Part shown: one piece after another, positions 46,793 through 57,562 of the stretch | Position numbering within the stretch: the stretch's first letter is position 1 | Layout of the letters: every line of letters begins with the position of its first letter | DNA from: a virus | IMG/VR virus record: IMGVR_UViG_3300045988_136221 | Location: 89,223-153,222 of that record | Length of the DNA stretch: 64,000 nt | Reading direction: 5' to 3' (one strand) | Program-made: the position numbers and the translations under genes | Notes under the pieces: generated by a model | The model's database searches: none | The model's input: the letters and a program-made list of their open reading frames with translations, nothing else | Told to the model about the DNA's origin: nothing

Positions 46793-47527
46793 TTAATTGT
46801 CGAACGTAACTGTCTCCGATGTTACCACATATTCACCTATACTTCCATACGCTTTAGAATATAATTCAAGTTTTATATGAGCGGAATAGGTGGCATATAA
46901 AGTGCCTTGACCCAACCTGGTTATAATAGGTCTGACTATTGATGTTAGGGTCAAATTTTGAAAAGATGTAGGAGAAGGCTCTGGTTCAATATTAGTTTCA
47001 ACAAGTTCGCAACTCCATGATGTATCTGAGCCGGTTTCGTAGATCTTATCTACAGGATCTCCTATTATCGTATCTGGGTACTCATGTTGCTCACTGGTGT
47101 AATTCATTACAATAGGATTATCATTGTTTACATTGTATTTTTTACCAGGAGCAGTATATAGTATTTCACGATATGTTACATATTTCTTTTCTTGTTCTCT
47201 CACTGTAAACTGGTCAGGCAAATAAAGACGTATCAAAAAACCTAAAGAAGGAGATTCTACTCTACCTATAATAAGTTTAATGTCATCCTTCTCTACAAGC
47301 TCTTTCGTAGATTCTGTTTGTTCGCTGATAGTCTCTTTTGTATTAGATGGGACTCCTCCTTGGATACTTATAGAACCCAGACGTTGTTTTATAGAAAGAA
47401 AGGTAAATACACCACTTTGTGGAACGGTACCGACTATTTCATCATCAATGATTACCCCCCCCCCTATACAGTTGCTAACTATTTGATATTCATATATTTT
47501 TAATGATGTTTCAAATCTTCTTCTCAT
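46793..47527 (-). CDS. hypothetical protein (244 aa), virion-block
   Basis: ORF track; first gene of - strand block. Confidence 0.5.
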   Translation of the reverse strand: MRRRFETSLKIYEYQIVSNCIGGGVIIDDEIVGTVPQSGVFTFLSIKQRLGSISIQGGVPSNTKETISEQTESTKELVEKDDIKLIIGRVESPSLGFLIRLYLPDQFTVREQEKKYVTYREILYTAPGKKYNVNNDNPIVMNYTSEQHEYPDTIIGDPVDKIYETGSDTSWSCELVETNIEPEPSPTSFQNLTLTSIVRPIITRLGQGTLYATYSAHIKLELYSKAYGSIGEYVVTSETVTFDN

Positions 47528-48075
47528 ATTCCTTTTAAGTAAGTATCAGGTGCAACAAAATCACTTATTGTCTTTATTATATGTATAGTATCTATAAAAT
47601 ATTTATCAACATCCATAGAAAGTTGAGGACGAAGATCTGAATCGTTTGTCTTATCTGTTATATAGAAATAGTACAGAACATCCTCCAGATAAAATGTAAG
47701 ATAAATATCCTCTGTGACATTTCCATTATTGAAATAGCAATTGATGCCGGACCCAGATGGAGTCATATGGCAATCTATACTTTGGGTATCTCCCATAGTA
47801 CACACGTAATTGGAACTGGCAATATCAACCGCATATTTTCCAACATTTATACCACCACTTTCCCTCGATCTCGTGGTAAGTATATGAACGGCATTTTTCC
47901 AAGTGGAAAGAGGTGCAGATATACTAACGGCGAAAACGGGAATTATCGTCTGAAATAAATCATATGACAAAAACCTTCTTCTCATTATTTTATTTTTTTT
48001 GCAAGATAGCATTTTTTTCATAACAAAAGAAACCAGTTCTCTATCATCGCTGACTGAGAACTGGTAAGAAAACAA
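47524..48075 (-). CDS. hypothetical protein (183 aa)
   Basis: ORF track. Confidence 0.5.
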   Translation of the reverse strand: MFSYQFSVSDDRELVSFVMKKMLSCKKNKIMRRRFLSYDLFQTIIPVFAVSISAPLSTWKNAVHILTTRSRESGGINVGKYAVDIASSNYVCTMGDTQSIDCHMTPSGSGINCYFNNGNVTEDIYLTFYLEDVLYYFYITDKTNDSDLRPQLSMDVDKYFIDTIHIIKTISDFVAPDTYLKGI

Positions 48076-48201
48076 TTTCAGAAAAAATTAAACCTACATA
48101 ACCTTTAAAGTAAGAACAAAAAACGTATAGTCTACTCTTTGACAATGCTAAGATAGCATATTAGGGCCATATTGTAGTAATATAAGCCCAATATTCTTCG
48201 T

Positions 48202-51200
48202 CTACTTGTAGCTCACATCATCGTCTCCTTCCGAATCAGGAGTGGCGCCGATGAAGAACATCATTGACTTATTGTTCGTCTGCTGCCACCAGTTATAGGC
48301 GCGTGCTACGTCTTCCGGCGTCTTAATGTTATACCATTGTTTGATAAACGTCTGTTTAGCGAGTTGTCTAAATAACTTAGACTCACCTTTGTATGTACCA
48401 GATGTTACTTTATCAAGTGAGTAGTTCCTGAGATCGGTGAGATCCTTCAGTTTCCGTCCCATAACAAAAGGGTCATTAATGATATCCACCACATTAAGCT
48501 CCATAATAAACGGCATCTGAGATGCTATTTCATTTATGGTTCTGAATCCTACATAGGATCCGAATTGAGTAAGCCAGCTTTCCTCGTTTTCATCATCATC
48601 ACGCCATCCGGCAAGAAGCATAGACACGGCCTGCATGATGAGGAACGTGCCGGCATAAACACTGAGGCGTTTAAGATTAGTCTTTTCCACCTCACCCATC
48701 TTATCTTTATTTTCGTTCCAGGCATCTATGATATTTTTCATACCAGGCTCGGAAGCTAAGCTAAATGTTTTGGCTATCATATTCTTTAACGTAATTGACA
48801 GCCCTTCTTCTTCTTGCATTGTCTGGAAATTGAACCCCCTTCTTTTCCACAGACGTTGAGCCGCCAGCACCAGCCATCCTCGGTGGGCAGTCATGAACCT
48901 GGCTATCCAGTTACGTGATGCGGCGGTCCGGTTTTCTTCATTCAAAGATCCGTTACATATCTGAGACAGGCTACGAACCTGATTTCGGGTTATAGCCATC
49001 TGAGTCTCAACCTCCTCAACAGTAACACCCGATCCTGGTTTCACAACCACCTTGCCGTCTACGACATCTACCATACTCCATAAAGTACGATCTTTTAATG
49101 CATCCCATTCTCTTTTTATGGTGCTCTGTTCTTTATTGCGTTCTTTTTCCATCTTGAAATCCTGGAACGTGTAGAACCGACCTTTGTAATAACGAACGTT
49201 ATCCATAGTAGCGATCATAACCTGCGGATCAAGAGGGTAGTTCATGATTTCCATAAAAGCATACATCGGTGAACGCATTAAGGTCCTGGCCGCCCTATTA
49301 TATCCGGCACCATACATACGATTTCGGATATTGAATATCCCCATTCTCTCACCTATGACATATAATTTGCTTTTTCTATCTATGTCTCCGGTTTCTGCTA
49401 TACAAGATGGCGCAAGACGTGAAAACTCAGCCGATGCGTATTTAAGGGAATCTTTGCTTATATATTGTCCTACGGCAGATTCCATGATGAGGTTAATATG
49501 ACCTGTCAGAGCGCCGGTAGCTGCCACAAACGGGGACAGCGCTAAGTTCATGACCGACATAAATCTTTCAACGGCCATCATAATTCTTGTAAGATCTATC
49601 GTGTATCCACCGATGTTAACCGTAAGTTTCTTGGTGTTCATCCTAATGCCATAATAATGGTCATTAAAGAAGTCTCTAAACATCTGGTATGCTTGAGTTG
49701 CCTCAGCTTTCTTACCGCCTTCAAATTGCTTATTCAGTAACATCTGCTCCAGTCCTTGGGCAAGCTCTATAGACTTCTGCTTTTCGTTGTATAACGATGA
49801 TTGCATCATAAGCATCGAATAAGAATAACCAAAATCATGAGATACGTCATCTTGGTTCTCTAATTCATATATGTAGTATTTAGGTATAGACCTAATCCTA
49901 TCTTCTGGATCATATACTTCCCCTTGTCTGGTTTTACCGTATAGAGAATCGTCTACTCTGTCCAGACAGAGATCTGATACAAAATTACGAACCGTATTTT
50001 TGAAGTTGATACCCAATCCCTCCATACGTTCTATATCTTGTTTGGATATCTGTGGAATAGCATACAAATTGGGGCTCTGCTCTTTGTATAAGGAAAGGGA
50101 TTGTCTTTTTATTTCCTTAAGTTTTTGAATCATATTCCATTGCTCTACGTTTTTAGTAGCAATCTCATTACCATCAGCATCATATCTAATGCCGAAGTCA
50201 TTGAAATACGATTCATCACGATACAGGCTCTTCTTGGGCATACGATAACCATACCCATGATCTTTTACATAATCTGGGTTACGACCGCTATTTTCAGCTT
50301 CAGATTCAGCCACCCACGCTCTTGCAGGGTCGAAAGACAGGTACGATATATTCATACCATAATCTTGTGTGGATGTCCCGTTCTGTACGTCTTTAACCAT
50401 CTGTGCCACGTCTATCTCACCTCGACCTATTTTACCAAGCATAGCCGCATATCCGGTAGGAGTCATGCGTTTGTAATATGAAAAGACTTGACTTCTGGCA
50501 AATTCATTAACAATAGCATTAGCCTCTTCTATACCTGATTCTCTTGTGTTATTTAAAAACAAGCTGGCCATCTTAGTATTGACAGCATTCCTAAAATCTC
50601 TACCGTCTAATTCTTTGCTTATTCCAAGCTTTTCTGACAAGTAGTTGGTTTCAGATACAGTAAACAAATATCGGTTATCAGCAGCCTTAAATAGTTTATC
50701 CCTTAAGGCTTGAATCCTTTTTGCTTTCTTTGCCGTAGTATGACGTTGCACAAACTTCCATTCCACTTCCTTGGAGTCAGCAAGAGCATTTAAATAAGAT
50801 TGATTGACTTCGTTTTCAGCCTTACTGCTTTTAGTAAGGTATTTATCAATATCTTCAAGACCCACCATCTTAGCATAATCTATTAAAATAGCGTAATCGG
50901 TTTCAATAGCTTCAGATGCAGCCCTAAAAGCATCTCTTTCAGATGAGGTAAATGTCGCTTCATTGATTTCTCCGATGTCAGCCACATCGCGGTTATTCCC
51001 AATTATTTCCTTGATGATAGCTCTGTTTTTTTCTATATCTTTCACAATAGCTTCTACGTCTGTCGCATCTCTATCACTTGTCGTAGAATTAATGATATCA
51101 TGCGCCATTTTAAGATACGAAGCCTTGTTGTTTGATTCGGTGCGTGCCGACTGATCTGACTCTATATCATTCCAAAACTGATCATTAAAAGCCAGGTGTC

Positions 51201-54200
51201 CTCCTAACATAAGCGTTCTCAGTGCAGCCTCCCCTCCAGACTCACGCTGAATCGTTCTCAATCTTTCCAAAAATGATTCTGATACGGCATTAGTAACATT
51301 ATTTGATTCTTTTCTCCATACTTCATTTATAGCTTGTATTTCTTTAGCCATCTTGAGTTGATCACCGGTTTTATCGACTCTTCTGGTTCCTACATATATG
51401 TATTCTGAAGCTGCTTCCTTACGTTGTTTACGAAGCAGTCCTTCTTCTTCATAATTACTGCTCTTGAAGTAAGCAACTTCATCAAAATTACCATTGCTAT
51501 CAATAAAAGGTTGCCTCAATATCCGTTTTTGCCGGGAAAGAGCATTAAGATATTCTTTAGTTGTTTGAGAAACCGGATACCCCAATTCTTCTTCAGCCTT
51601 TTTGTATATGGATTCCATTCTTGTGGCATAACTTTCACTAAATTCCAGTTCTGAATTTTCAGCATCCCACTTCTCCATCTGTTCTGTATAAATCCTTTCC
51701 TGCTCGATGGTAAAGATGTCGGTATTAACCCTATCAGAAGAAGGTTTGAATTTAGCGTTCTCAGTAACCGTATTTCCGTCCTTGTCAACTACTTCTCTTT
51801 TAAACACATAATTACGGTTATTGTCAACCACATCATTGATTTCTTCTTCTGATATCTCTATGTTCATGGCAGTTGCAAACGCTCGCATCTGCGCCAGCTT
51901 CTTATTACGATCGTATTTAGCCATATCAAGAGCACTACGAAGATAATTAGAAGTCTTGCCGTCTACTTTCTGAAGCAGTTTTTCAAATTCAGATTTATTG
52001 AAACCATGTTTTTTCGCATATGCCAGGAAGTCGGATATGGCTGGCTGGGCATTCACCATCGCATTATAATTGTCTTTGGCAATCATAGCTCCAAGAGCGT
52101 TATTAAACGGGCTGGAAGAATGTTCTAATATACCAAACCACCTACTTATCCAGGACACATCGTGTTGGACTTTATCAAAGAACTCTTTTACTTTCTTTAC
52201 CTTATCTACCGGCACATGAAGTTCGTTCATTAACTTGTCAAGCAACGTACTTTCATCAAGATCTTGTACTGATTTAATATCAGACTGAATACCATTGATG
52301 TCGGCAATGACGGTATTGATCCTATTTGTATAATCTTGCTTTTCACGTTCGTCAAATTCGGTACTTCTATTACGGATATATCCTCGAAGATCGTTCATGA
52401 TCGGAAGAACCTGATTGTTGATAATATCTACGTTCTTTCGATCATTGGTATTGAAATGAAGTTTACCGTCTTTGGTATCACCATGAAGGATAGTATTTAC
52501 TACATTGCTTAAGTATCTGACCTGAGCTTCGGCTGTGGAGATCATGCTATTCATGGCAGCCGCCATCTCATTTTTGTCTATTTCGGTCTCTACCTTATTT
52601 ATCTTATCTTCTATGGTCTTAAGTTGAGCAAGGGTCATAGATGTAGTTACAGCCCTATCAGAGCTTATCTGACGTAAGTCTCTCAATGTTTTTCTCAATG
52701 CCCGGATCTTAGACTCAAGAAACTTGTTCTTGTTCATAGAGGAAAGAGAGTATAATGTAAAATCATTATCCTTTAAAAGAGAAGTATCAAATCCTTTATC
52801 TATGTCGGTAATAGCAAGATCACGAATGTTTTTAATAACGTTATTCAAATCTTGTCTTTGGGTAGATAAAGCTGATTTAAGCCAGTTTACGATTCCAGAG
52901 AGAAGCTGCCGGACGCGTCCCAGGAAGGAGGTGGGCTCTATGGGCGCCGTTCTGTCCTGCATCTCCCTGGCAAGGATCTTTCCAAGAATTTCTTTCCTAA
53001 CTACATTGTCAAGTTCAGTTCCTTCATATACCTTACCGTATGTATTATAATACTGATTTGCATACTGATTCCATTCTTCAGTGCCTTCTACGTCTTGCAA
53101 AACAGATTCAACAGCATTCTGATCTCTGTACGCCTCTACAAGGAAGTGGGCTGTTTCTTCTACTAAGTCAGACAAAGTAGCATCTTCACCGACTGCTATT
53201 ACGTTATTGGCAATATCCGCCAATGCTTTAGCAGAAGGTTCGTGTCCGTATTTAGTTTGGTACTTCTCTATATAATCGGTCATGCCAACGACACTAACGC
53301 CCAGCGTTTTCAGTATCTCAACAATAGAATTTCGTTGATTACGTTCCTCTTGGCTATAATCCGATACTATCTTAGCTTTAGTATCAGCATAAAGATCATT
53401 GTCTTCTAATATAAATGAAACTACAAGCGCATCAAAGTGATCGTATTTAGCATCCAATTCATTGTATCTTCCAGACTTAAGATCGCTCTTTATCTGCTCC
53501 TTGCTAACTCTTTCTGTTCCTCCGGTGGCGAGTCTCATAGTCACCTTACTATTATCCAATGAATTTATGGTTATCATGCCTTGATCATTCATGGAAACAT
53601 CAGAACTGAAATGATTACGAAGTTCGGTATAAGCTAAGGCTGAATTGAAAAGTCTAATTTGTCCTGCATGTCCTTCTCCTGTAAGATAATAGCTTCTTGT
53701 TTCCGGATCGAATATCTTGGATCCTGACAAAAGACCTTTCTTTATAAGGTAGTTTATTATCCCACCTTTTGTTGATAAAGAAGTGGAAGCAGAGGCGGTC
53801 ATAACAGGTATAAAAGATTTGGGGTTGTTAAGGACATACTTTCCAGCCTTGTAAGTAATGTCTGCCACGCCATCCCAGGCAGATTCTTGAACGGTGCCAG
53901 ATAAGAATCCTATTCTGATATCATTCCCGCCAGAGCGAAGAGCTTCTCCGTAATCTTCAAATAATTGATTACGATCATTCATAAAAAACAAACGAGGTTC
54001 TCCAGTCTGATACGTTACACCCACAGGATTAGAATCTGTTTCTGGTAGCTCTTCTGGACTAAATATCTTAAGACCGTCTTTTATAACCATATAATTAACA
54101 TCATTATCCTGTACCATAGATACGGGAGTGAAGTCCGAAGATATAGCATCTTGTAGATACTGCCCTGAGTCTATTCCTGGTTCTTCCGGCACGGAGATCC

Positions 54201-54618
54201 TTGACGGAACCATAGCATCCACCAACATAATATTATCACCCAGATCTTGGCTATAGAATCCAAAGCCTGATTCTTGAATCCCATAAGGTGCATCTGATTT
54301 CGACACAAGAATAGGGTTGCTCATCTTAGAAGCCTTATCCAGCACCCTTTCTCTATAGGTCTCTGGAATAAGGCCGATGTTAGATTTTACCTTATTGTAA
54401 GCCTGTTTGTTGATAGGCACATTCCTTCTCCAGTCACCAAAAGCCTTTAAGAACTTATTAGAAAATACGGTTTTAAAAACAGTAGTAGCCCGTTCCCTAT
54501 TTTCCATAAGAGGAATAGATGCTATCTTATCGAATAACATAGACCTGTCCCCTGATCTGGTAGAGACAGAAACAACTTTCTTTTTATTATCTCTTTTAAT
54601 AATACACGTTGATACCAT
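48202..54618 (-). CDS. giant protein (2138 aa), presumably virion-associated
   Basis: Single uninterrupted 6.4-kb ORF; no catalytic motif recognised with confidence (a weak YDADGNE stretch only). Size and location in late block suggest tail/ejection or polymerase-like virion protein. Confidence 0.7.
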   Translation of the reverse strand: MVSTCIIKRDNKKKVVSVSTRSGDRSMLFDKIASIPLMENRERATTVFKTVFSNKFLKAFGDWRRNVPINKQAYNKVKSNIGLIPETYRERVLDKASKMSNPILVSKSDAPYGIQESGFGFYSQDLGDNIMLVDAMVPSRISVPEEPGIDSGQYLQDAISSDFTPVSMVQDNDVNYMVIKDGLKIFSPEELPETDSNPVGVTYQTGEPRLFFMNDRNQLFEDYGEALRSGGNDIRIGFLSGTVQESAWDGVADITYKAGKYVLNNPKSFIPVMTASASTSLSTKGGIINYLIKKGLLSGSKIFDPETRSYYLTGEGHAGQIRLFNSALAYTELRNHFSSDVSMNDQGMITINSLDNSKVTMRLATGGTERVSKEQIKSDLKSGRYNELDAKYDHFDALVVSFILEDNDLYADTKAKIVSDYSQEERNQRNSIVEILKTLGVSVVGMTDYIEKYQTKYGHEPSAKALADIANNVIAVGEDATLSDLVEETAHFLVEAYRDQNAVESVLQDVEGTEEWNQYANQYYNTYGKVYEGTELDNVVRKEILGKILAREMQDRTAPIEPTSFLGRVRQLLSGIVNWLKSALSTQRQDLNNVIKNIRDLAITDIDKGFDTSLLKDNDFTLYSLSSMNKNKFLESKIRALRKTLRDLRQISSDRAVTTSMTLAQLKTIEDKINKVETEIDKNEMAAAMNSMISTAEAQVRYLSNVVNTILHGDTKDGKLHFNTNDRKNVDIINNQVLPIMNDLRGYIRNRSTEFDEREKQDYTNRINTVIADINGIQSDIKSVQDLDESTLLDKLMNELHVPVDKVKKVKEFFDKVQHDVSWISRWFGILEHSSSPFNNALGAMIAKDNYNAMVNAQPAISDFLAYAKKHGFNKSEFEKLLQKVDGKTSNYLRSALDMAKYDRNKKLAQMRAFATAMNIEISEEEINDVVDNNRNYVFKREVVDKDGNTVTENAKFKPSSDRVNTDIFTIEQERIYTEQMEKWDAENSELEFSESYATRMESIYKKAEEELGYPVSQTTKEYLNALSRQKRILRQPFIDSNGNFDEVAYFKSSNYEEEGLLRKQRKEAASEYIYVGTRRVDKTGDQLKMAKEIQAINEVWRKESNNVTNAVSESFLERLRTIQRESGGEAALRTLMLGGHLAFNDQFWNDIESDQSARTESNNKASYLKMAHDIINSTTSDRDATDVEAIVKDIEKNRAIIKEIIGNNRDVADIGEINEATFTSSERDAFRAASEAIETDYAILIDYAKMVGLEDIDKYLTKSSKAENEVNQSYLNALADSKEVEWKFVQRHTTAKKAKRIQALRDKLFKAADNRYLFTVSETNYLSEKLGISKELDGRDFRNAVNTKMASLFLNNTRESGIEEANAIVNEFARSQVFSYYKRMTPTGYAAMLGKIGRGEIDVAQMVKDVQNGTSTQDYGMNISYLSFDPARAWVAESEAENSGRNPDYVKDHGYGYRMPKKSLYRDESYFNDFGIRYDADGNEIATKNVEQWNMIQKLKEIKRQSLSLYKEQSPNLYAIPQISKQDIERMEGLGINFKNTVRNFVSDLCLDRVDDSLYGKTRQGEVYDPEDRIRSIPKYYIYELENQDDVSHDFGYSYSMLMMQSSLYNEKQKSIELAQGLEQMLLNKQFEGGKKAEATQAYQMFRDFFNDHYYGIRMNTKKLTVNIGGYTIDLTRIMMAVERFMSVMNLALSPFVAATGALTGHINLIMESAVGQYISKDSLKYASAEFSRLAPSCIAETGDIDRKSKLYVIGERMGIFNIRNRMYGAGYNRAARTLMRSPMYAFMEIMNYPLDPQVMIATMDNVRYYKGRFYTFQDFKMEKERNKEQSTIKREWDALKDRTLWSMVDVVDGKVVVKPGSGVTVEEVETQMAITRNQVRSLSQICNGSLNEENRTAASRNWIARFMTAHRGWLVLAAQRLWKRRGFNFQTMQEEEGLSITLKNMIAKTFSLASEPGMKNIIDAWNENKDKMGEVEKTNLKRLSVYAGTFLIMQAVSMLLAGWRDDDENEESWLTQFGSYVGFRTINEIASQMPFIMELNVVDIINDPFVMGRKLKDLTDLRNYSLDKVTSGTYKGESKLFRQLAKQTFIKQWYNIKTPEDVARAYNWWQQTNNKSMMFFIGATPDSEGDDDVSYK

Positions 54619-54759
54619 GATAAAACATTTTTGTTATGAGACAAAGGTAGCCAAAAATCAAGCATATCATAAAAAATTAAGCCATCTAACTTCTCAGTCT
54701 GATGGCTTAAAAATAATATGAAAAAAAATTATAATCTGACGCAAATCGTCAAGTTACGC

Positions 54760-55083
54760 TTATGCATTGTATTTGTACCCATTTCTATGAATAAACCTTC
54801 CCGATTCGAACCTTTCCACATCATCCGGTCCAATAGGTCCGCAGTCTTCCCTCCTTGCCTCATACCACAGCCCAGGCTTACGAAGTCGGCAAGTTATGAT
54901 ATAATTGAAGCAATTGTGCGTAAAATGAAAAACAGATCCTACAGGGAAATACCTATCAGCTTGAAATACGATTCTTTTTCGTTTAGTATCAAACGTGATA
55001 TCCCCTACTATCTTAGCCACGTAATAGCTTCTGCCATTTAACGTTTCATCTGTTTGTGGTATCCAATAATAACCTTTTGTCAT
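54760..55083 (-). CDS. hypothetical protein (107 aa; start revised to internal Met MTKGYYW)
   Basis: Track ORF 54760..55152, but codons 1-23 would be read through the terminator hairpin and A/T tracts at 55095-55135. ATG at 55081-55083 is the plausible start. Confidence 0.45.
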   Translation of the reverse strand: MTKGYYWIPQTDETLNGRSYYVAKIVGDITFDTKRKRIVFQADRYFPVGSVFHFTHNCFNYIITCRLRKPGLWYEARREDCGPIGPDDVERFESGRFIHRNGYKYNA

Positions 55084-55102
55084 GCCACAAATATATAAAA
55101 AA

Positions 55103-55135
55103 AGTCGGACAAGATACATGTCCGACTTTTTTTTA
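55103..55135. terminator. bidirectional terminator-like hairpin
   Basis: A8-agtcggac-loop-gtccgact-T9. Confidence 0.55.
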
Positions 55136-55315
55136 CTTTGATTCGTTTTCAAACCGCTTTATAAGAGAAGCAATATCATCACCACAAATAAACATCATTC
55201 TACGTTCTTCTTTTGGTTTATGAGACGTTGGGATGGTTTTGTTTATTTTAATCTGATTCGCCAGACCTCTGCCTAAACGAATATCAGCTTTTTTACCTTT
55301 AATGTTGAACTTCAT
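55133..55315 (-). CDS. hypothetical small protein (60 aa)
   Basis: ORF track; may be fused with or overlap 55299..55622. Confidence 0.35.
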   Translation of the reverse strand: MKFNIKGKKADIRLGRGLANQIKINKTIPTSHKPKEERRMMFICGDDIASLIKRFENESK

Positions 55316-55622
55316 AGATTATTTGTTTAAACAGACCAATTCCGTCTATTATAATATGACCGCTTCGCATACGACTATTATTAAGATTGTAAAGGAAATT
55401 AAAACCACTTTCTTTTTCTTGTCTTTCAAAAGAACTGATATCCTTTCCTCTACGAGCTCTTCCAAAAGCCTTCTTAAACAACTTTCCTCTGAAGGTCTTG
55501 ACAAGGTTCTTGGTAGCTTTATTACCGGCTCTTATCGTTACTTTCCTTGCCTGGTTTTCTGAGACAAAACTGCTTCGGAAAATATACGATGCTGCTGCTT
55601 GTATATCTTGTTTAGTAATCAT
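55299..55622 (-). CDS. hypothetical basic protein (107 aa)
   Basis: ORF track. Confidence 0.45.
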   Translation of the reverse strand: MITKQDIQAAASYIFRSSFVSENQARKVTIRAGNKATKNLVKTFRGKLFKKAFGRARRGKDISSFERQEKESGFNFLYNLNNSRMRSGHIIIDGIGLFKQIIYEVQH

Positions 55623-55969
55623 ATGACAAACATTTCTTTCAAGATACTATTTTGTATGCTATATATCAATTTCATCCCATCTCTATCATATACGTCAAAA
55701 AAGGATTCACTTAAGTTCTTTGGATTTACATTCAGTTGAATTATGCAATTACCGGTATAAACCTTAATTCCGTAATTATCAGAGTATATATCTTGCATAG
55801 TCTCAAATGTCTCAATTAAATTTTCAACAAGGACTCTGTTAAATGAAAAAGGTTCTTTACCATTACCTTTAAATGTGATATGATCTAAATTTATGTTGTC
55901 AAATTCATACTCTAACTGATTGCCGTCCATCATATTATAAATGATTGACTTTCTGATTATAAATCCCAT
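55619..55969 (-). CDS. hypothetical protein (116 aa)
   Basis: ORF track; ATGA-type overlap. Confidence 0.5.
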   Translation of the reverse strand: MGFIIRKSIIYNMMDGNQLEYEFDNINLDHITFKGNGKEPFSFNRVLVENLIETFETMQDIYSDNYGIKVYTGNCIIQLNVNPKNLSESFFDVYDRDGMKLIYSIQNSILKEMFVI

Positions 55970-55986
55970 ATTGTTTTATTTTTTAG

Positions 55987-56292
55987 TTAATACAAATCTT
56001 CTGAATACAACTGTTCTCTAATGGCATTCCTATCTACCACCATCTCCTGATTATTGTTTCTAACAAGTTCAGACGCTTCCTCTCTTGTTAAAAACCGATT
56101 CTTGCTTGTCAAAAATCCTTGAACACTGCGGTTTTTATGGGCTATACCGTATGCCGCAAGTTGAGATAGTATAGAGGGGTGTCTCAATCCACAGAACACG
56201 GTTCCGGATGGTATATTGGTGGGCTGATGGGGACGCTTCTTGCCGTCCTGCACCCAGATGGCGGCGCATATTACTATTTCTTTATTATACAT
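55987..56292 (-). CDS. hypothetical protein (101 aa)
   Basis: ORF track. Confidence 0.5.
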   Translation of the reverse strand: MYNKEIVICAAIWVQDGKKRPHQPTNIPSGTVFCGLRHPSILSQLAAYGIAHKNRSVQGFLTSKNRFLTREEASELVRNNNQEMVVDRNAIREQLYSEDLY

Positions 56293-56329
56293 GATACGTT
56301 TTTCTATTAAATTTATTAAATCTATTCAT

Positions 56330-57562
56330 TTACTTTAATATAATCGGATGCCTCTTCCCTCTAATGAGTTTAAACTTTTTGCGTGAAACATCTTTTGAAT
56401 TTTCTCCGTTGAAATCCCTGATATTGAAACTCCCTGATTTTCTCCTTCCATAAACAAAACATATTTTATTATTATACAACACTTTATCAAACAACCTAAA
56501 ACCAAAAACCTCAAAAGGAGCTTGATTGTTTTTCTTCTTTCCTCCTTTTAAAATTTTCATTTTATGTATTTGCCTATTATGCCTACGAATTAAACGTTTT
56601 AAATATTGACATCCGATTCGTTTCGCATTAATGTTCTTAGAAATGACAAACGCGTCGGATGTATGGGATTTTTCAATCCCGTATTTAATCCGATTATGTT
56701 TCGTAATGTAACCAAACGTCATAGAAACTCTGTCGTATCTGGATCTCAGTTCTTCATACAACTTCCATTTCATGATCCCCATTACGGCCGCGTCGCGAAG
56801 CGACTTGCCTCTTCTGATTTTTAAATCTATATTACCTTTATGGTATTCTTTGTGACAAGTTTCACATAAGGTAATAAGATTAGAAGGGGAATCACCTCCC
56901 GTTTTTCGGGATTCAAGATGATGGACATTAAGGATCTTATCTTTTGACTTCCCTTTACAATACTGACATTTATGCCCATCCCTTGCTAAAACATACTCCC
57001 TTGTGTTCCAAAACTCAAGTTGATCACCTTCCTGGTATTCTTTACCTAATATTTCAGGATTCTTAATCTTTTGAGTATCAAATTGAGCTACTTCAATAAC
57101 AATACGAGATATTGGTAGTATAGAGCAAATATTTTCAATAACACGAATATGAGCGTCTACTTTGTATTTCACCGAAGGTGCTATCCATCCTGAACGCTTG
57201 CTTTTTATTCTATTATTAAAACGAGGTTTTCTATATCTTAACCTGTTCCGTCTTGTTTTCCGTAGCTCTCTTCTGGTAGACAAAAGATCTACGATATCAT
57301 TTCTAAGAATTACTTCACTGCTGTAAAGTTCTTTGCTTTTCGTTGTAGCTGATAGACCAACGTGTTTGGTCCCAGCATCAACGCCTAACACAATTTCTTG
57401 TTTGTAATCAGATGTGACGTACGTTAATTTGATGGTAAACGGACATAAGCTCACAACAACTGCCTTGTTTTCTTTAAGCAGTCGTCTTACCTTACCATGC
57501 CTTGTTGTAGGCATCATAGGTTTACCATCTATGTCTTGTACGTACACCATATCTACAAACAT
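56330..57562 (-). CDS. iscB: IscB (OMEGA RNA-guided RuvC+HNH nuclease, Cas9 ancestor family)
   Basis: N-terminal PLMP domain (DGKPMMPTTRHGKVRRLL); RuvC-I LGVDAGTKHVGLS; Arg-rich bridge helix TRRELRKTRRNRLRYRKPRFNNR; RuvC-II RIVIEVAQFD; HNH HKCQYC...LNVHHLESRKTGGDSPSNLITLCETCHKEYH; RuvC-III HTSDAFVI. Confidence 0.85.
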   Translation of the reverse strand: MFVDMVYVQDIDGKPMMPTTRHGKVRRLLKENKAVVVSLCPFTIKLTYVTSDYKQEIVLGVDAGTKHVGLSATTKSKELYSSEVILRNDIVDLLSTRRELRKTRRNRLRYRKPRFNNRIKSKRSGWIAPSVKYKVDAHIRVIENICSILPISRIVIEVAQFDTQKIKNPEILGKEYQEGDQLEFWNTREYVLARDGHKCQYCKGKSKDKILNVHHLESRKTGGDSPSNLITLCETCHKEYHKGNIDLKIRRGKSLRDAAVMGIMKWKLYEELRSRYDRVSMTFGYITKHNRIKYGIEKSHTSDAFVISKNINAKRIGCQYLKRLIRRHNRQIHKMKILKGGKKKNNQAPFEVFGFRLFDKVLYNNKICFVYGRRKSGSFNIRDFNGENSKDVSRKKFKLIRGKRHPIILK

